Shown: piece by piece, positions 42,903 to 54,500 of the stretch
Numbering within the stretch: the first letter of the stretch is position 1
Layout: every line of letters begins with the position of its first letter
From: a bacterium
Lineage (GTDB): Bacteria > NPL-UPA2 > JAUVJM01
DNA length: 64,000 nt
Assembly (NCBI GenBank): GCA_030606215.1
Contig: JAUWGW010000003.1
Location: 4,407-68,406, forward strand
Reading direction: 5' to 3'
Notes under the pieces: model-generated
The model's input: the letters and a program-made list of their open reading frames with translations, nothing else
Told to the model about the DNA's origin: nothing
Database searches by the model: none
Made by a program: the position numbers and the translations under genes

Positions 42903-45900
42903 ATGATGCAAGAAAAAAATTATTGGGTATTGGGAGTAGTATCTTTTATTTTATGTTTGTTCATTCCGCTGGAAGCTGCTGAGATGAGTTTAACTAAGTT
43001 TGAATATCAAGGACAGAAATGTCTTTTGGTGGAAAGTGATTTCTACTATGCAGTAATCAATCCATCTGAAGGTGGAAGTATATCCTCACTTACACTAAAA
43101 CCTTGTGGGACTCAGCTCACTACGCGGACCGGATTTTGCAATGATATGGGGCACACAGGTTCGCCTCAATTTGGAAAAGCACCTTTCAGTTACCAGGTAA
43201 TCAAGGAGACTTCTTTTGAGGTAAGTATTGCTTTAACCAGCCTGCCTATTGAGGATATCCAGATATGTAAGACCTATAGCTTTTTCTCAAATTCTCCCAT
43301 AATAGGTGTTAAGGTAAGTGTCGCTAACTTTGGGAATAAACGAGATTTTGGCTACAGAACACATAACTTTGTCAAGGCATCTAAGAAGGGAATAAAAGGA
43401 GGGGATTCATATTTCGTGCCGGTATCTACTGGATGCAGGCAACTTACGGTTAATAAGATGAAGGATGGCAATTACTTCACAGATGTGGTTCCTGGATGGG
43501 GTGGTTGTATTAACAAAAGTAGCAAGAAAGGCATTGCAGTGAGGATTCCGAAAACTGAATCACTGAAGCAAGTTTTAATCTGGAAGTGTTCAGACTCTGC
43601 TACATTTGAGTTATATTTTCCCAGTTACCTTTTTGCCCGTGGGGAGAAGAAAAATTTCACTTTTGAAATATTTCCTTTTCACGGGATAGGAGAACCGAAT
43701 TTGGTCAGCCAATCAGCAAAAAGTGCGGTTAATAGAAAACAGGGTTCTCTACGCGTGTTGTTCTGCCATGGTTTAGTTAGTGCTGAACCGAGAACTTACC
43801 CGGGACTCTATGGAATTGAAAAAGCACTAAGGGAACTACCCGGTGGGGTAAGTATTGTCAGTTTGGATTATATCTACAATTATACGCAGTACAACGTTGG
43901 CTATGTAAAGGGATTCCCTATGGAAACTGCTGACATGGCTAATTATAATGTAGTAGTGCTGGCTGATATTCCTGGGTATGCATTGAACCCCGCACAGCAA
44001 AAAGCTTTAAGAGAATATATCAAGAAAGGGGGCATCGTACTCTTTTTGGGAGAGCAAGCAGTCGGATTTGCCGGCACAGAACTGGAGAAAATGTTACCAA
44101 TTGAAGTTGACAGATCAGAGAAAGTCAGGAGTGCAGCAAAACACCGGGACCAGTATGATAATATTTTATCCGACCTCCCAATAAGTTTCTCTTCGCATCC
44201 AGCTTTGCATTTTGTTCCACAAAATAAGACGACCAATTGCAATGTTTACAAAAGTAAAGCAAAGAAAGGTTCTCAAGTCCTGGCGTCCTGCGAGAGTACA
44301 CCGCTTCTGGTAGTTTCTCAATTTGGCGAGGGCAAGATTATATCCTTCCCTATAAGTCTTATACCCAAAGTTAATCCTGCCTCTTGCGACGAAATAAGAG
44401 GGCTAAGTTGGAAACAATGGAATGGGAAACTTCCTGTATGGGACTATTATGACGAATTGCTCCGTGGATTGGTTATGTGGGCAATTAACTCGGAACCTGA
44501 ACCAAAGGTCGTTTATCTGGTAACACCAAAGGATGTTTCCTATAAACCACCGGCCACACTTGAAGTAAGTGTCTGCCTCAGAAATGACAGTACCGTAGAC
44601 CAAAAAGGCAAATTAATACTCACGGTAGCTGATAATTTTCAGCGTGTAGTTAAACAAGATGAGAAAACGTTTGTGCTGAGGCAAGAGGAAGAAAAGGAAT
44701 TCAAGCTACAGGTCGAACATCTGCTCTCAGGGAGATATAAATTCCGAATTGAGATGTCACGTGAAGAAAGTCAGTCTTTGCTGATTGCTAACGCAGAATT
44801 TATGGTAAGACCGTCGACTTATCTAAACGTCCAAGTAGAAAAACCGGGTGTCCAGACAGTCTTTGGCCGCAATGGTAATATTCAATTTCAGGCCTCTCTG
44901 GGTGGAGAACCCCCAGACGAACGGGATTATTTTGTTAAAGCCGAGATTTCTTCAAAAAAGAGTGGCCAGATGCTCCGGAGTAAGCAAGTAAAATTTGAAT
45001 CGGCGTCAGTAGTCAAAGATACGATAGCTATAGGCAACCTGGCTTATGGTGAATATCGATTAGTCTTTCATCTCTTAGATTCAGCTGGAAAAGTACTTGA
45101 CCAATTCCATAAACCTATTTACATCGTCCCTGCAGTTGATAAGGAAGATTTTTTCCCTCTGGCAAGCTATGGGCTGGGTCTTTACGGTTTCAGGGATGAA
45201 GATTTTAGAAAATCATTGAGCCAGGCCAGGGATGTAGGAATAAATGCATGCTGTACCTGGCTGACAGGTGATTTCCCCGTTGGGAGTGCCCGCTTGAGAC
45301 AGATTGATTTTATGATGCGACACGGCTTTGCTCTTATTCCAAAATGGTCGTTGGGGCGTTTTTTTCACTATGATTTTGCACAATATTCTAAATCTCCAGT
45401 GGGTAAACCTGATTTTGAGGGTGTGAACAAGAGCAAAGAGACTCTCCTCGATGGGATTTTTCGAAGTAATCCGCGTATATTGAATTTTTACGTTGTTGAT
45501 GAACCAAACTTGGAACGGCAGCGAGTTACCCAGAAACATCGCCAGCTTTTCGAAGAACGTTTCGGCACTCCAGTGCCGACAAACCATTCCAGCCGCTACT
45601 GGTGGCAATGGTGGCGTTTCCGCTGCAATCTGGCTTCAGAAGGAGGTCGCCAGATGCATAGGTGGGCAAGCAATAATGGAATTAGATTATCGGGTACTTT
45701 CAATGCTCTGATGAATGGAGACATGGAACCGGTTGGCATGGCGGAAGCGATTGATGACCTGGCAGTTGATATCTATACTCATGGTTGGCGGGAGAATATG
45801 TATCTGGATATGCTTCGCAGTGCGGCAGGATTTCGGCGGATATGGTTTATAGCTGTAGCTGGAGAGTATGGAGCAACACCATGTTATCCTGAGAGCGCTG

Positions 45901-47210
45901 GTCAGTCAGTTTATTCCGCTTTGGCTCATAACTGTGAGGGAATATATTGGTATGAGTGGAACTGGCCAGGGCATGGAGGATTAGCCGATCCTCAAGGAGG
46001 AAAACGAGGTATTGAATGTTTGGCCCAAGCAAATAATGAGATGAAAGTTATTGGACCTGCTTTTAAACATCTTAATAAGGTTCGTTCCAGGATTGCATTA
46101 CTTACACCATGGACCAGCCGTGTTCTTCAAAACATAAATCCGTATGCGGACGCAGACCTTGTAAGCCTTTACTCTTTACTTCGGAATACCTACGGTCAAA
46201 TAGATATTCTCCATGAAGCCCAGTTAGAAAAAGAAAAGTATCTTAAAGATTATAAAGTACTTGTCATTCATAATTGTCCGTATCTTCCCAAGAAGGTGAT
46301 GCAAGAAATATCTTCCTGGGTGAAGTCAGGGGGGATATTGATGTGTCCAATAGGTAATGCTTTAAAGAACGAATTTCAGGAAGCAGATACTACACTATCA
46401 TCTCTCTTTGGGGTGTCAGCTGGTACAGAGATTGTTTCGCAGGTCTCTGGTGTTTCCGAGATACTGCCTCTTGCAGGAGTTGAGTTAAAAGCAACTACCG
46501 CTATTCCAATAAACTACTATCAATCCGGAGAAGTAGCCAGTACAAGAAATTCATACGGGAAGGGTCAAATCTATGTCTGGGGATTTGAGCCAAATATGAA
46601 AAAAGCTCTTACTGGCTTTGTTCAAGCGTCTGATGTGCTGGTTTGTTCCGGGGAAAAAAGAGATATTGATGAAGGGTTATTTACCGATAGCTTTGGCAGT
46701 AGCTTCTATCTGGCGGCTGTCAACTTTGAGCATAGGGAAAGAGTCGACAGAATCCGCATGCAGCTTCCCCAAAAAAGGTTCTATGCTTTTGATATGTTAT
46801 CCGGTGAGGAGATACCAATTTTACAGAAGGATAACTTTACGGAGGTTTCGCTTGAGTTTAGGCCCAATTGGGGTAGAACAGTCGCTTTTCTACCAACCAA
46901 ACCCGAACATCTGCGGGTTAGTGTACATCCTGAAAATGTACCACAGGGAGAAATGGTTTCGCTCAGGATAGATATGCTGTCAGGAGATAACAAACTTGTT
47001 CAGGCAACCTTACCGGTAGAGATAATCGTCTACGATCCTAGCAACAAGATAGCTGAAGGATATTCAGCGAAGCGGTCGGTAAAAGGAGGAACCATGATGG
47101 TTAAATTGAGAGTAGCTGACAACGACCCCGTAGGAATGTGGCAGATAAAGGTAAGTTCTCCGATGGTTGCACGTTCTGTGACAGCCGGGTTAAAAGTCAT
47201 AGGAGGGTAA
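42903..47210 (+). CDS. Giant secreted multidomain protein: putative TIM-barrel glycoside-hydrolase-like core flanked by two GATase1-like (GH42 trimerisation-type) modules
   Basis: 1435 aa with a signal peptide. YNVVVLADIPGYALNPAQQKALREYIKKGGIVLFLGE and YKVLVIHNCPYLPKKVMQEISSWVKSGGILMC resemble GH42-M/ThuA-like modules. The central region (ARDVGINACCTW...YVVDEPN...) looks like a TIM barrel. No exact family assigned. Confidence 0.45.
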   Translation: MMQEKNYWVLGVVSFILCLFIPLEAAEMSLTKFEYQGQKCLLVESDFYYAVINPSEGGSISSLTLKPCGTQLTTRTGFCNDMGHTGSPQFGKAPFSYQVIKETSFEVSIALTSLPIEDIQICKTYSFFSNSPIIGVKVSVANFGNKRDFGYRTHNFVKASKKGIKGGDSYFVPVSTGCRQLTVNKMKDGNYFTDVVPGWGGCINKSSKKGIAVRIPKTESLKQVLIWKCSDSATFELYFPSYLFARGEKKNFTFEIFPFHGIGEPNLVSQSAKSAVNRKQGSLRVLFCHGLVSAEPRTYPGLYGIEKALRELPGGVSIVSLDYIYNYTQYNVGYVKGFPMETADMANYNVVVLADIPGYALNPAQQKALREYIKKGGIVLFLGEQAVGFAGTELEKMLPIEVDRSEKVRSAAKHRDQYDNILSDLPISFSSHPALHFVPQNKTTNCNVYKSKAKKGSQVLASCESTPLLVVSQFGEGKIISFPISLIPKVNPASCDEIRGLSWKQWNGKLPVWDYYDELLRGLVMWAINSEPEPKVVYLVTPKDVSYKPPATLEVSVCLRNDSTVDQKGKLILTVADNFQRVVKQDEKTFVLRQEEEKEFKLQVEHLLSGRYKFRIEMSREESQSLLIANAEFMVRPSTYLNVQVEKPGVQTVFGRNGNIQFQASLGGEPPDERDYFVKAEISSKKSGQMLRSKQVKFESASVVKDTIAIGNLAYGEYRLVFHLLDSAGKVLDQFHKPIYIVPAVDKEDFFPLASYGLGLYGFRDEDFRKSLSQARDVGINACCTWLTGDFPVGSARLRQIDFMMRHGFALIPKWSLGRFFHYDFAQYSKSPVGKPDFEGVNKSKETLLDGIFRSNPRILNFYVVDEPNLERQRVTQKHRQLFEERFGTPVPTNHSSRYWWQWWRFRCNLASEGGRQMHRWASNNGIRLSGTFNALMNGDMEPVGMAEAIDDLAVDIYTHGWRENMYLDMLRSAAGFRRIWFIAVAGEYGATPCYPESAGQSVYSALAHNCEGIYWYEWNWPGHGGLADPQGGKRGIECLAQANNEMKVIGPAFKHLNKVRSRIALLTPWTSRVLQNINPYADADLVSLYSLLRNTYGQIDILHEAQLEKEKYLKDYKVLVIHNCPYLPKKVMQEISSWVKSGGILMCPIGNALKNEFQEADTTLSSLFGVSAGTEIVSQVSGVSEILPLAGVELKATTAIPINYYQSGEVASTRNSYGKGQIYVWGFEPNMKKALTGFVQASDVLVCSGEKRDIDEGLFTDSFGSSFYLAAVNFEHRERVDRIRMQLPQKRFYAFDMLSGEEIPILQKDNFTEVSLEFRPNWGRTVAFLPTKPEHLRVSVHPENVPQGEMVSLRIDMLSGDNKLVQATLPVEIIVYDPSNKIAEGYSAKRSVKGGTMMVKLRVADNDPVGMWQIKVSSPMVARSVTAGLKVIGG

Positions 47211-47211
47211 A

Positions 47212-48105
47212 ATGAGGAAGATCTATTATGCGATGGTTTTGGTCAATTGTTTAATGCTGACTGTTTTGGTAAAACCAGGGAACAGTGAAGAGTTTACTAT
47301 CCTGGACTCCGGCTTTAAAGATTGGGAAGGAATGAGATGGATGAAAAAAAGAGGAGATAATACCCACGTACTCAGTAGAACTTTCCGGTTTGTTATCGAC
47401 TCATCAGCCGAGAGTGATTCGCCAGGTTTGAAGTACTGGGCAACTTTGGAGAATGGAAATATACGTGCGCAGAAGCGGTCTCAGCCAGGAAAACCCGGTG
47501 AACCGCCAAGTTCAATGCTGGGCATAGGGCTTATGCCTGGTTACGGATGGTACCGGCAGGGTTTCATTAACATTACTGTCAACGGCAAGGTAGTGCCACG
47601 AACTTTGCCAGAAGCGAGAGTGAACAGTCCAGAAGGTTCGGTAATTCTTGTCTATCCCGGGCCACCAAAGGTAGAACTGGACTTTATGCATGACCAGGTC
47701 CAAAAGCATGGCGTAATGATGCGTGTACGTGTCCCTGATGAAAGTGACGGTAGGATAGAATTGCGACTTATATGTCACCCGGGTCACTATAAGAAGCCGG
47801 AGATGGCACGTTTTACTAAATCTATCGGCGGCCTTGTAGTTAAGGCTTCTAATGAGGAACATAAGATTCCTGTTCAGGATAACCGTTTGTTCTATTTCGA
47901 TGCACGATATCATCTAATAAATGGCTCCTGTGGTTTAGAGTGGAAGTCTGAGGAAATGGATGCAGTTAAGGTACGAGGTATCTACCCAATATCTACTATC
48001 CTGCAGGCAAAGTCGAACCAAAGGGAAATACATATCCGGCTCTGGCAATTCTCTGGTAAGATCAGCAACGAAGAAGCATACGAGGCAGCCACCGAGTATA
48101 AATAA
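47212..48105 (+). CDS. Secreted hypothetical protein
   Basis: 297-aa ORF starting 1 nt after the upstream stop. Signal-like N-terminus. No motif recognised. Confidence 0.5.
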   Translation: MRKIYYAMVLVNCLMLTVLVKPGNSEEFTILDSGFKDWEGMRWMKKRGDNTHVLSRTFRFVIDSSAESDSPGLKYWATLENGNIRAQKRSQPGKPGEPPSSMLGIGLMPGYGWYRQGFINITVNGKVVPRTLPEARVNSPEGSVILVYPGPPKVELDFMHDQVQKHGVMMRVRVPDESDGRIELRLICHPGHYKKPEMARFTKSIGGLVVKASNEEHKIPVQDNRLFYFDARYHLINGSCGLEWKSEEMDAVKVRGIYPISTILQAKSNQREIHIRLWQFSGKISNEEAYEAATEYK

Positions 48106-48147
48106 TGGGTATTACGCGGTTATATAGGGGGAAAAGGGAGGAATAAC

Positions 48148-49314
48148 ATGTTGAGGGTCGGTGTCATTGGATATGGGAACCGGATACAACACATGGTTCC
48201 ACGCATGAGAAAGTTCAATATACCGTTTCGGGTAGCTGCCGTGGCTGATCCCCTATCGGAAAAAATCCGTGCTGCCAATGACTACGCGTTGACCAAAACC
48301 CATTTTTATTCCACTGCTGAGGAGATGCTTGAAAATGAAAACCTTAACGGCGTCATGATTGGCACCCGATGTCGTCTTCACGCTGAGATGGCATGCAAGG
48401 TTGCCCCATATAATCTTCCCCTTTTTGTTGAAAAACCCGTTGCGATCACATTCGAACAGTTGAAGTTACTTGATAAAACTTTCGCCAAGGTTACTGCGCC
48501 AACCGTGGTGAGTTTTTCTCTTCGTGTGAGCCCGCTCCTTACCACAGTCAAGGAAATCGTTGATTCCGGGCAAATCGGTACAATCGAGCAGATGGTAGCT
48601 TTCAATGACGTTGCATATGGCGAAGTTTACTTTAGCCTCTGGTATCGCAATCATGAGGAGACTGGTGGACTGTTCCTTCAGAAAGCTACACACGATCTTG
48701 ACTATCTGTATTATCTTGTAGGCGCTAAGCCTAAGTCGATTTGTGCCATGAAAGCACAGCGGTTTTATGGCGGCGACAAGCCGTTTGATCTACGATGTGA
48801 GGACTGCGATGAATACGAACAGTGTATGGAAAGCCCGTTTAACTGGTTCTACAAACGGAAGTTTTACTCTTTTGTGGGAGAGGACGAACATCTAAAAAAG
48901 CGAATGTGTGTTTACAGCAAAGGAATCGAAAATCAGGATATAGGTGAGTGCATCATTGAGTATGAAAACGGTGTGCAGGCCGCATACACGCAAAATTTCT
49001 TTGTGCGGAACCAAGCTGGGCGCCGCGGTGCACGGATCTACGGTCGCAAAGGGACAATTGCTTTTGACTGGAGAAAGAGCCAGATAAAGGTCTTCTCACA
49101 TGTGACTCCAAAAGTGGACACTATTGATTTTCCAACGCCGGGTGAACATTTTGGCGGCGATTTAGAGCTATCATACGATTTTCTCACAGCTATGCGAGAT
49201 GGTAAGACTTCGAGAGTATCGATTCAAGACGGTATTTTGAGTGCCTTGACCTGTCTCTGGGCACGTGTCTCAGCAGAGAATCGCACCTTCTGTGAAGTCA
49301 AAATGCCGGAGTAA
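48148..49314 (+). CDS. Gfo/Idh/MocA family oxidoreductase
   Basis: MLRVGVIGYGNRIQ Rossmann start, LFVEKPVA motif, 388 aa. Confidence 0.8.
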   Translation: MLRVGVIGYGNRIQHMVPRMRKFNIPFRVAAVADPLSEKIRAANDYALTKTHFYSTAEEMLENENLNGVMIGTRCRLHAEMACKVAPYNLPLFVEKPVAITFEQLKLLDKTFAKVTAPTVVSFSLRVSPLLTTVKEIVDSGQIGTIEQMVAFNDVAYGEVYFSLWYRNHEETGGLFLQKATHDLDYLYYLVGAKPKSICAMKAQRFYGGDKPFDLRCEDCDEYEQCMESPFNWFYKRKFYSFVGEDEHLKKRMCVYSKGIENQDIGECIIEYENGVQAAYTQNFFVRNQAGRRGARIYGRKGTIAFDWRKSQIKVFSHVTPKVDTIDFPTPGEHFGGDLELSYDFLTAMRDGKTSRVSIQDGILSALTCLWARVSAENRTFCEVKMPE

Positions 49315-49425
49315 AGAGAAAATATTAACACATCCAGGAATTCAATGCTTCCCTTGAGAATATTTCCGGCTGTCAGTGCATAAACTGTGGTTGGGGAGAG
49401 AGCAATTTCCTAAAGGAGAGAAATT

Positions 49426-50787
49426 TTGGATATAAAGTTTGTATTAGTAGGCGGAGGCAGCTACGGCTGGACCTATAAACTTATTACAGATATTTGCTGT
49501 ATCCCTTTTTTAAAAGGTATGCATGTAGTCCTTTATGATATTGACCCGGAAACACTGCATTTGGTTGTTCCTCTTTGTGAGAAGATATCCAGTATGGCCG
49601 GAGCGGATATTAGAATAGAAGGCTCGACAAATTTAGAGTCATCTTTAAAAGGAGCTGATTTTGTAGGACTTACCATAAGCACTGCTGGAGATGAAGGTAC
49701 CGAGTTAGATCATTCCATCCCGGAAAGATACGGAATATTGCAAACAGTCGGGGATACTGTAGGCCCGGGAGGCTGGAGCAGGGGCTTGAGGAATATTCCC
49801 GTGGTTGTTGATATTGTAAGAAAAGTCGAGCATATTTGTCCCAATGCATGGTTCATGAATTACTCTAATCCAATGACGGTTCTTACCAGGACATTACAAC
49901 GGGTCAGCAAAGTGAAGTCCATGGGGATTTGTCACGAACTACAGGGTTTGCTTTTACATATGGCGTATTTTTTGGGAGTAGACTGGCAGAAAGATATACA
50001 GGTGAGGATGGCAGGGATTAATCATCTGATTTGGATTTTAGAGGCGGATGTATGCGGCAGAGATGGGTTGGAACTTTTCAAAGAATATTTTAAAGACCCG
50101 GAAAAGTTTAAGCCGATAAAAAGGAGAAAAATACCTGAAGAACTTATTGAATCCGGCGGAGTGTATTTACACCATGAGATTAAACTGGACTTATTAAAGC
50201 GCACTGGCAGCCTTCCTGCTGCCGGGGATGCCCACACAGCTGAATTTTTCAGCCATTATATAAAAGAAGGCGTGGAAAAATGGGGTCCCTCAGTCAGTAG
50301 AGAAGCCCATACATTTGCGCATGTGAGAGATCGTGATAAGAGGAAACAGAAGGTTCAAGCCCTTCTAAACGGGAAGGAGAAAATATGGTTGAAGCGCTCC
50401 CACGAACATGCTAGCAAAATAATAGCTGCTCTCTCAGGCGGTTTAAAGAATCTGCTTACACCTTTAAACCTGGCTAATACCGGGCAGATAAGCAATCTTC
50501 CTCAAGAATCGGTGGTAGAAACCCTGGCTATTGTCAATAAAGAAGATATACAGCCTGTAGCCGTAGGTGAGCTTTCACAGATATTGACCCTTTATATCAT
50601 GAGGCATATTCCTATTCAGGAAATGATTGTTGAAGCCGGTTTGAAAGGCGATAAGGACCTTGCTGTCTTAGCATTGAGCTGTGACCCTTTGATTCCAAGC
50701 CCCGATATTGCTAAAAAAATAGCGGATGATGTTTTTAACGAATTCAAGGACTGGCTGCCGCAATTTAACGGCAAATGGTCTTATTAA
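49426..50787 (+). CDS. Glycoside hydrolase family 4 (NAD+/Mn2+-dependent glycosidase)
   Basis: IKFVLVGGGSYGW, NYSNPM, GICHE and GINH motifs typical of GH4. TTG start after AAAGGAGAG. Confidence 0.8.
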   Translation: MDIKFVLVGGGSYGWTYKLITDICCIPFLKGMHVVLYDIDPETLHLVVPLCEKISSMAGADIRIEGSTNLESSLKGADFVGLTISTAGDEGTELDHSIPERYGILQTVGDTVGPGGWSRGLRNIPVVVDIVRKVEHICPNAWFMNYSNPMTVLTRTLQRVSKVKSMGICHELQGLLLHMAYFLGVDWQKDIQVRMAGINHLIWILEADVCGRDGLELFKEYFKDPEKFKPIKRRKIPEELIESGGVYLHHEIKLDLLKRTGSLPAAGDAHTAEFFSHYIKEGVEKWGPSVSREAHTFAHVRDRDKRKQKVQALLNGKEKIWLKRSHEHASKIIAALSGGLKNLLTPLNLANTGQISNLPQESVVETLAIVNKEDIQPVAVGELSQILTLYIMRHIPIQEMIVEAGLKGDKDLAVLALSCDPLIPSPDIAKKIADDVFNEFKDWLPQFNGKWSY

Positions 50788-50868
50788 TTCCTGTGTTTTT
50801 TATACCTTGCTGGTTATCTTAGCTGCAAGGATGTGTTAGGAACTATAATGAAGGGGGGAGGTAGTATC

Positions 50869-51501
50869 ATGAGAAAATTGATGAGAGGGAATACAAGAGT
50901 AATACCGTCGACAAACGGATTTACTTTAATTGAGCTTTTGGTGGTCATCGCTATCATCGCCATACTGGCGGCGATGTTACTCCCGGCTCTACAGCAAGCC
51001 AGAGAGAAGGCACGACAGGCGGTATGTATGAATAATCTTAAGCAGACAGGATTAGCGTTCATGCTGTATGCCCAGGATTACGATGAACAGTTGCCTGCGG
51101 CATACATGGCGGATGATGACTACAAGGCGTGGACTTACAAGCTTTACAAATATGGTTATCTAAACGATCCGCCGGGGGTTCTTATATGTCCCAGTTTCTA
51201 TCCCTATCGCTGGGGTGCTGAGGCAACAGCTTACAGAACGTATGGGATGCGTCTGGTAGACGACACGTACCATTATTCATTCAAAACTACGCAAAACCCG
51301 AGTGGTCAATGGGTACTTGCTGATAGCGTGTATACTGGCGGCAGTCCCCCCACACAGAATTACATCATAGTCTCAACCAGTAGCACACAATGTGCTCATA
51401 CAAGACATACGGGCAAAGCTGATGTCCTTTTTATGGATGGCCATGTCGAAGGCAAGCACAGACAATTCTTTCTTGACGATGGTTACCCCGTTTATCCCTG
51501 A
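50869..51501 (+). CDS. Prepilin-type N-terminal cleavage/methylation domain protein, DUF1559 pseudopilin-like (paralogue of 42213-42884)
   Basis: ATG 50869 follows [52 protein letters not shown] is identical to the paralogue. C-terminal [14 protein letters not shown]. Confidence 0.88.
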   Translation: MRKLMRGNTRVIPSTNGFTLIELLVVIAIIAILAAMLLPALQQAREKARQAVCMNNLKQTGLAFMLYAQDYDEQLPAAYMADDDYKAWTYKLYKYGYLNDPPGVLICPSFYPYRWGAEATAYRTYGMRLVDDTYHYSFKTTQNPSGQWVLADSVYTGGSPPTQNYIIVSTSSTQCAHTRHTGKADVLFMDGHVEGKHRQFFLDDGYPVYP

Positions 51502-51562
51502 TTGAAATTAGCTTAAACGTGCAGTGGGGGAAGAGCAAATAGAGACACAGGAGCGAACGATT

Positions 51563-54500
51563 ATGTCAAAAAAGCAGGTTATCGTGATAATGATGTTTGC
51601 TATATGCGTATGTATTTCAACCTCTGTTTTCTCTGCTGAGGAGAATATGATTTTCTGTGCTTCTTTTGATACTGGTGTGAAGGCAGACTACGCAGGGGGC
51701 TCAGCCGGAGGCACAGCAGAGCTTGAGCTGCAGGAAGGGGTTTCTGGAAATGCAGTGGTGGTTGGAGTAGAGAAAAAAGAAGGAGAAGAAAAAAGGGGTT
51801 ACTATTGTGGATATCAAGGATTAAATAATGTAAATTTAGAAGAAGGAACGATAACATTTTGGGTAAAATCCCTGGACTGGTATGGAAAAGATGGACATGT
51901 CCATCTTTTCTTTGAAGCCTTTGGACAAGATAGCCGGCTTACCATTTATAAATATGATGTTCGTGATAATCCCATAGGGTTTATATTCGGCCCTCCGAAG
52001 CAGAAAGATGATACATTTATATGGACACTGACTAGATGTTCTGTCATGGATTGGGAACCGGGAGAATGGCACCATATCGCCTGTAGCTGGGATTTTGCAA
52101 CAGCAAAGCTCTACATAGATGGTGAACTGAAACACTCAAACAAGATAAAGAACTTTCCTACTACGCCCTTTACGTCTTTCTATGTCGGTGGTAGAAATCC
52201 TAAAAATTGGAGCAACACTGGTCCAGGTAAATCTCTAATTGATGAGCTCAAGATTTACAACATTGCCATAGATACTGAAGAAATCCAAGAACAATGGAGA
52301 AAATTCAGCCCTTCTGGCTCGAAAAAAGAAAGCAATACCCCTCTTATTGAACAACGGAGGAAATTAAACACTTCTGCGAAGAAAAAACGCATTACTCCTC
52401 TGATTTCAGTTGGTAGGATACAGCAGGCCCCAAAAATAGACGGAAATATTCATGATAATGAATACAGTTTTAAAACTACAGGTTTTATGGGAATCTGGGA
52501 TCAAAAGTATAGTGCTGAACAAAGCGATGTTCATTTCGCCTATGATTCTGACAATCTCTACATAGGAATAGTTTCTCCAGTCTCAGGTAAGCTTTCCTCT
52601 CAAGTAGAAGGAAGGGATGATGTCAATATTTGGCAGGATGATGCTGTTGAGGTGTATCTTAACCTGGATCCTGAGACCGATGGATTCTTCCAGTTTATTT
52701 TTAACTCAGCCGGTACGCTCTATGACAGCAAGAACAATGATATTAAGTGGAGCATAGACTTTCCCTATAGCAACCAAGTGAGCCCGGATATATGGACATT
52801 AGAGATGGCTATCCCTTTTGAGAAGCTGGGGATTAGGGTCCCAGAAGAAAAAGAGCATTGGCGTATTAATATCTGTCGTTCTTTTTCTTCGTCAGGTACG
52901 TACACTTCTATATCTCCGGTGAGAAGAAATTACTGTGATATTCCCAGATTTGCCGACCTTAAATTTCTGAAGGAATCTCCTGTAGTAAAACTTACTTCTA
53001 TCGGGGACCTAGTTTCCGGCGATCTGAGTTTTGAGCTTTTTCTGATTAATTCCGGCCTAAACCCACAGGATGTAGAAGTATCAGTGAACTTAGAAACAGG
53101 TAAGAAGACATTTTTAGATTATAACAAAAAATTGGTATTGGAAAAAGGGGCGGAGATAAGAATCCCTCTTTCCAGGAAAAGCATTGAAGGCGAGGGTAGA
53201 TTTAAGGTTGAGATATCCTCTTCTCAAAAAGGAGAGTTGTACTCGGCTATATTGCCCTTTTCGACAGTTACTGAAAATCCTTTAAAATTATCTTATCTGT
53301 ACACTATCCCCAGGCAAAATGTAATTAAACTAGGGCTATTGCAATCTGAACTTTCACGCTTTGGGAAACCACTTGCTGTGAGAGTTCGGTTCTTGGATGA
53401 TAAGAAAAAGGTAGCATTGGAGAAATCTTTTCAAAAATCAATCCGCAGGTACGAACTGGAAATGGATATAAGACAGTTGCCTCCAGCCAATTATGAAATG
53501 GAAATATCTCTTACAAGTCCTGATGGAAGGGAGATCTCCACGCTCCGAGAGGCCTATACCAGATATTCCTCTCCAACACCCTGGGAAGGAAACCAAATTG
53601 GAATAACTGATAAGGTGCCTTTGCCCTGGACTCCTCTGAAAATGTCAAAGGATTCCGTCATATGCTGGGGGAGAGAATATTGCTTTGAGAACAGTTTGCT
53701 GCCTTCCCAGATAGTATCCCAGAAAAAAGAATTGCTTGTTTCTCCAATCAGGTTAGTAGCTCTCAAGCACGGGAAAGAGATAGAACCAGTAAAGGCAGAA
53801 ATAAGCTGGAAAGAAAAAAGTGAGAGCAAAGTAAATCTTTTGACAGAAGGCAGCCTTGATTCTATTAAACTGTCCGCTGATATTGTAATTGAGTATGATG
53901 GTTTCATGTGGGTAACGTTACGTTTAACACCTTCTTCTCCCACAAAGATAGATAGACTTATTTTAGAGATTCCATTAAAGAAAAGGTATGCCACTCTTGT
54001 AAACTCCGGCCATGGTTATCTGGAACAAACCGGAGCATTCCCTATGCAAGGCTGGCACAAGAACTTAAAAACAGAAAGTCCTATTTTTTGGGTGGGCAAT
54101 GAAGAAATGGGCCTTCAGTGGTTTGCCGAGGATCTGAGCGGTTGGTATGTCAAAGACCCTGGCCACAGTGCTGAAATAGTTTCTCAAGGAGATAAAGTCA
54201 TAGCTCAGCTTAGTATTATTGATACACCACTCATTTTGAAGGAAACGAGAACTGTATCGTTTGGGTTTATGGCTACGCCCGTAAGGCCAAAACCGGAGGG
54301 ATGGAGGAAATGGAGAATATCCGGTACAGGAGTGAAAAGGAATATTTCTTTTATGGACTTATCGGTCACATATCTTATTACTCCGTTATTCAATTACCCG
54401 GAGCTCCAGGACAGAGAAAACCTTGTAAATATATTTAATGATCATAAAACTCGTGGCATAAAAACATGTGCATATTTTTCTCTTGCTGTTTCATCACCTT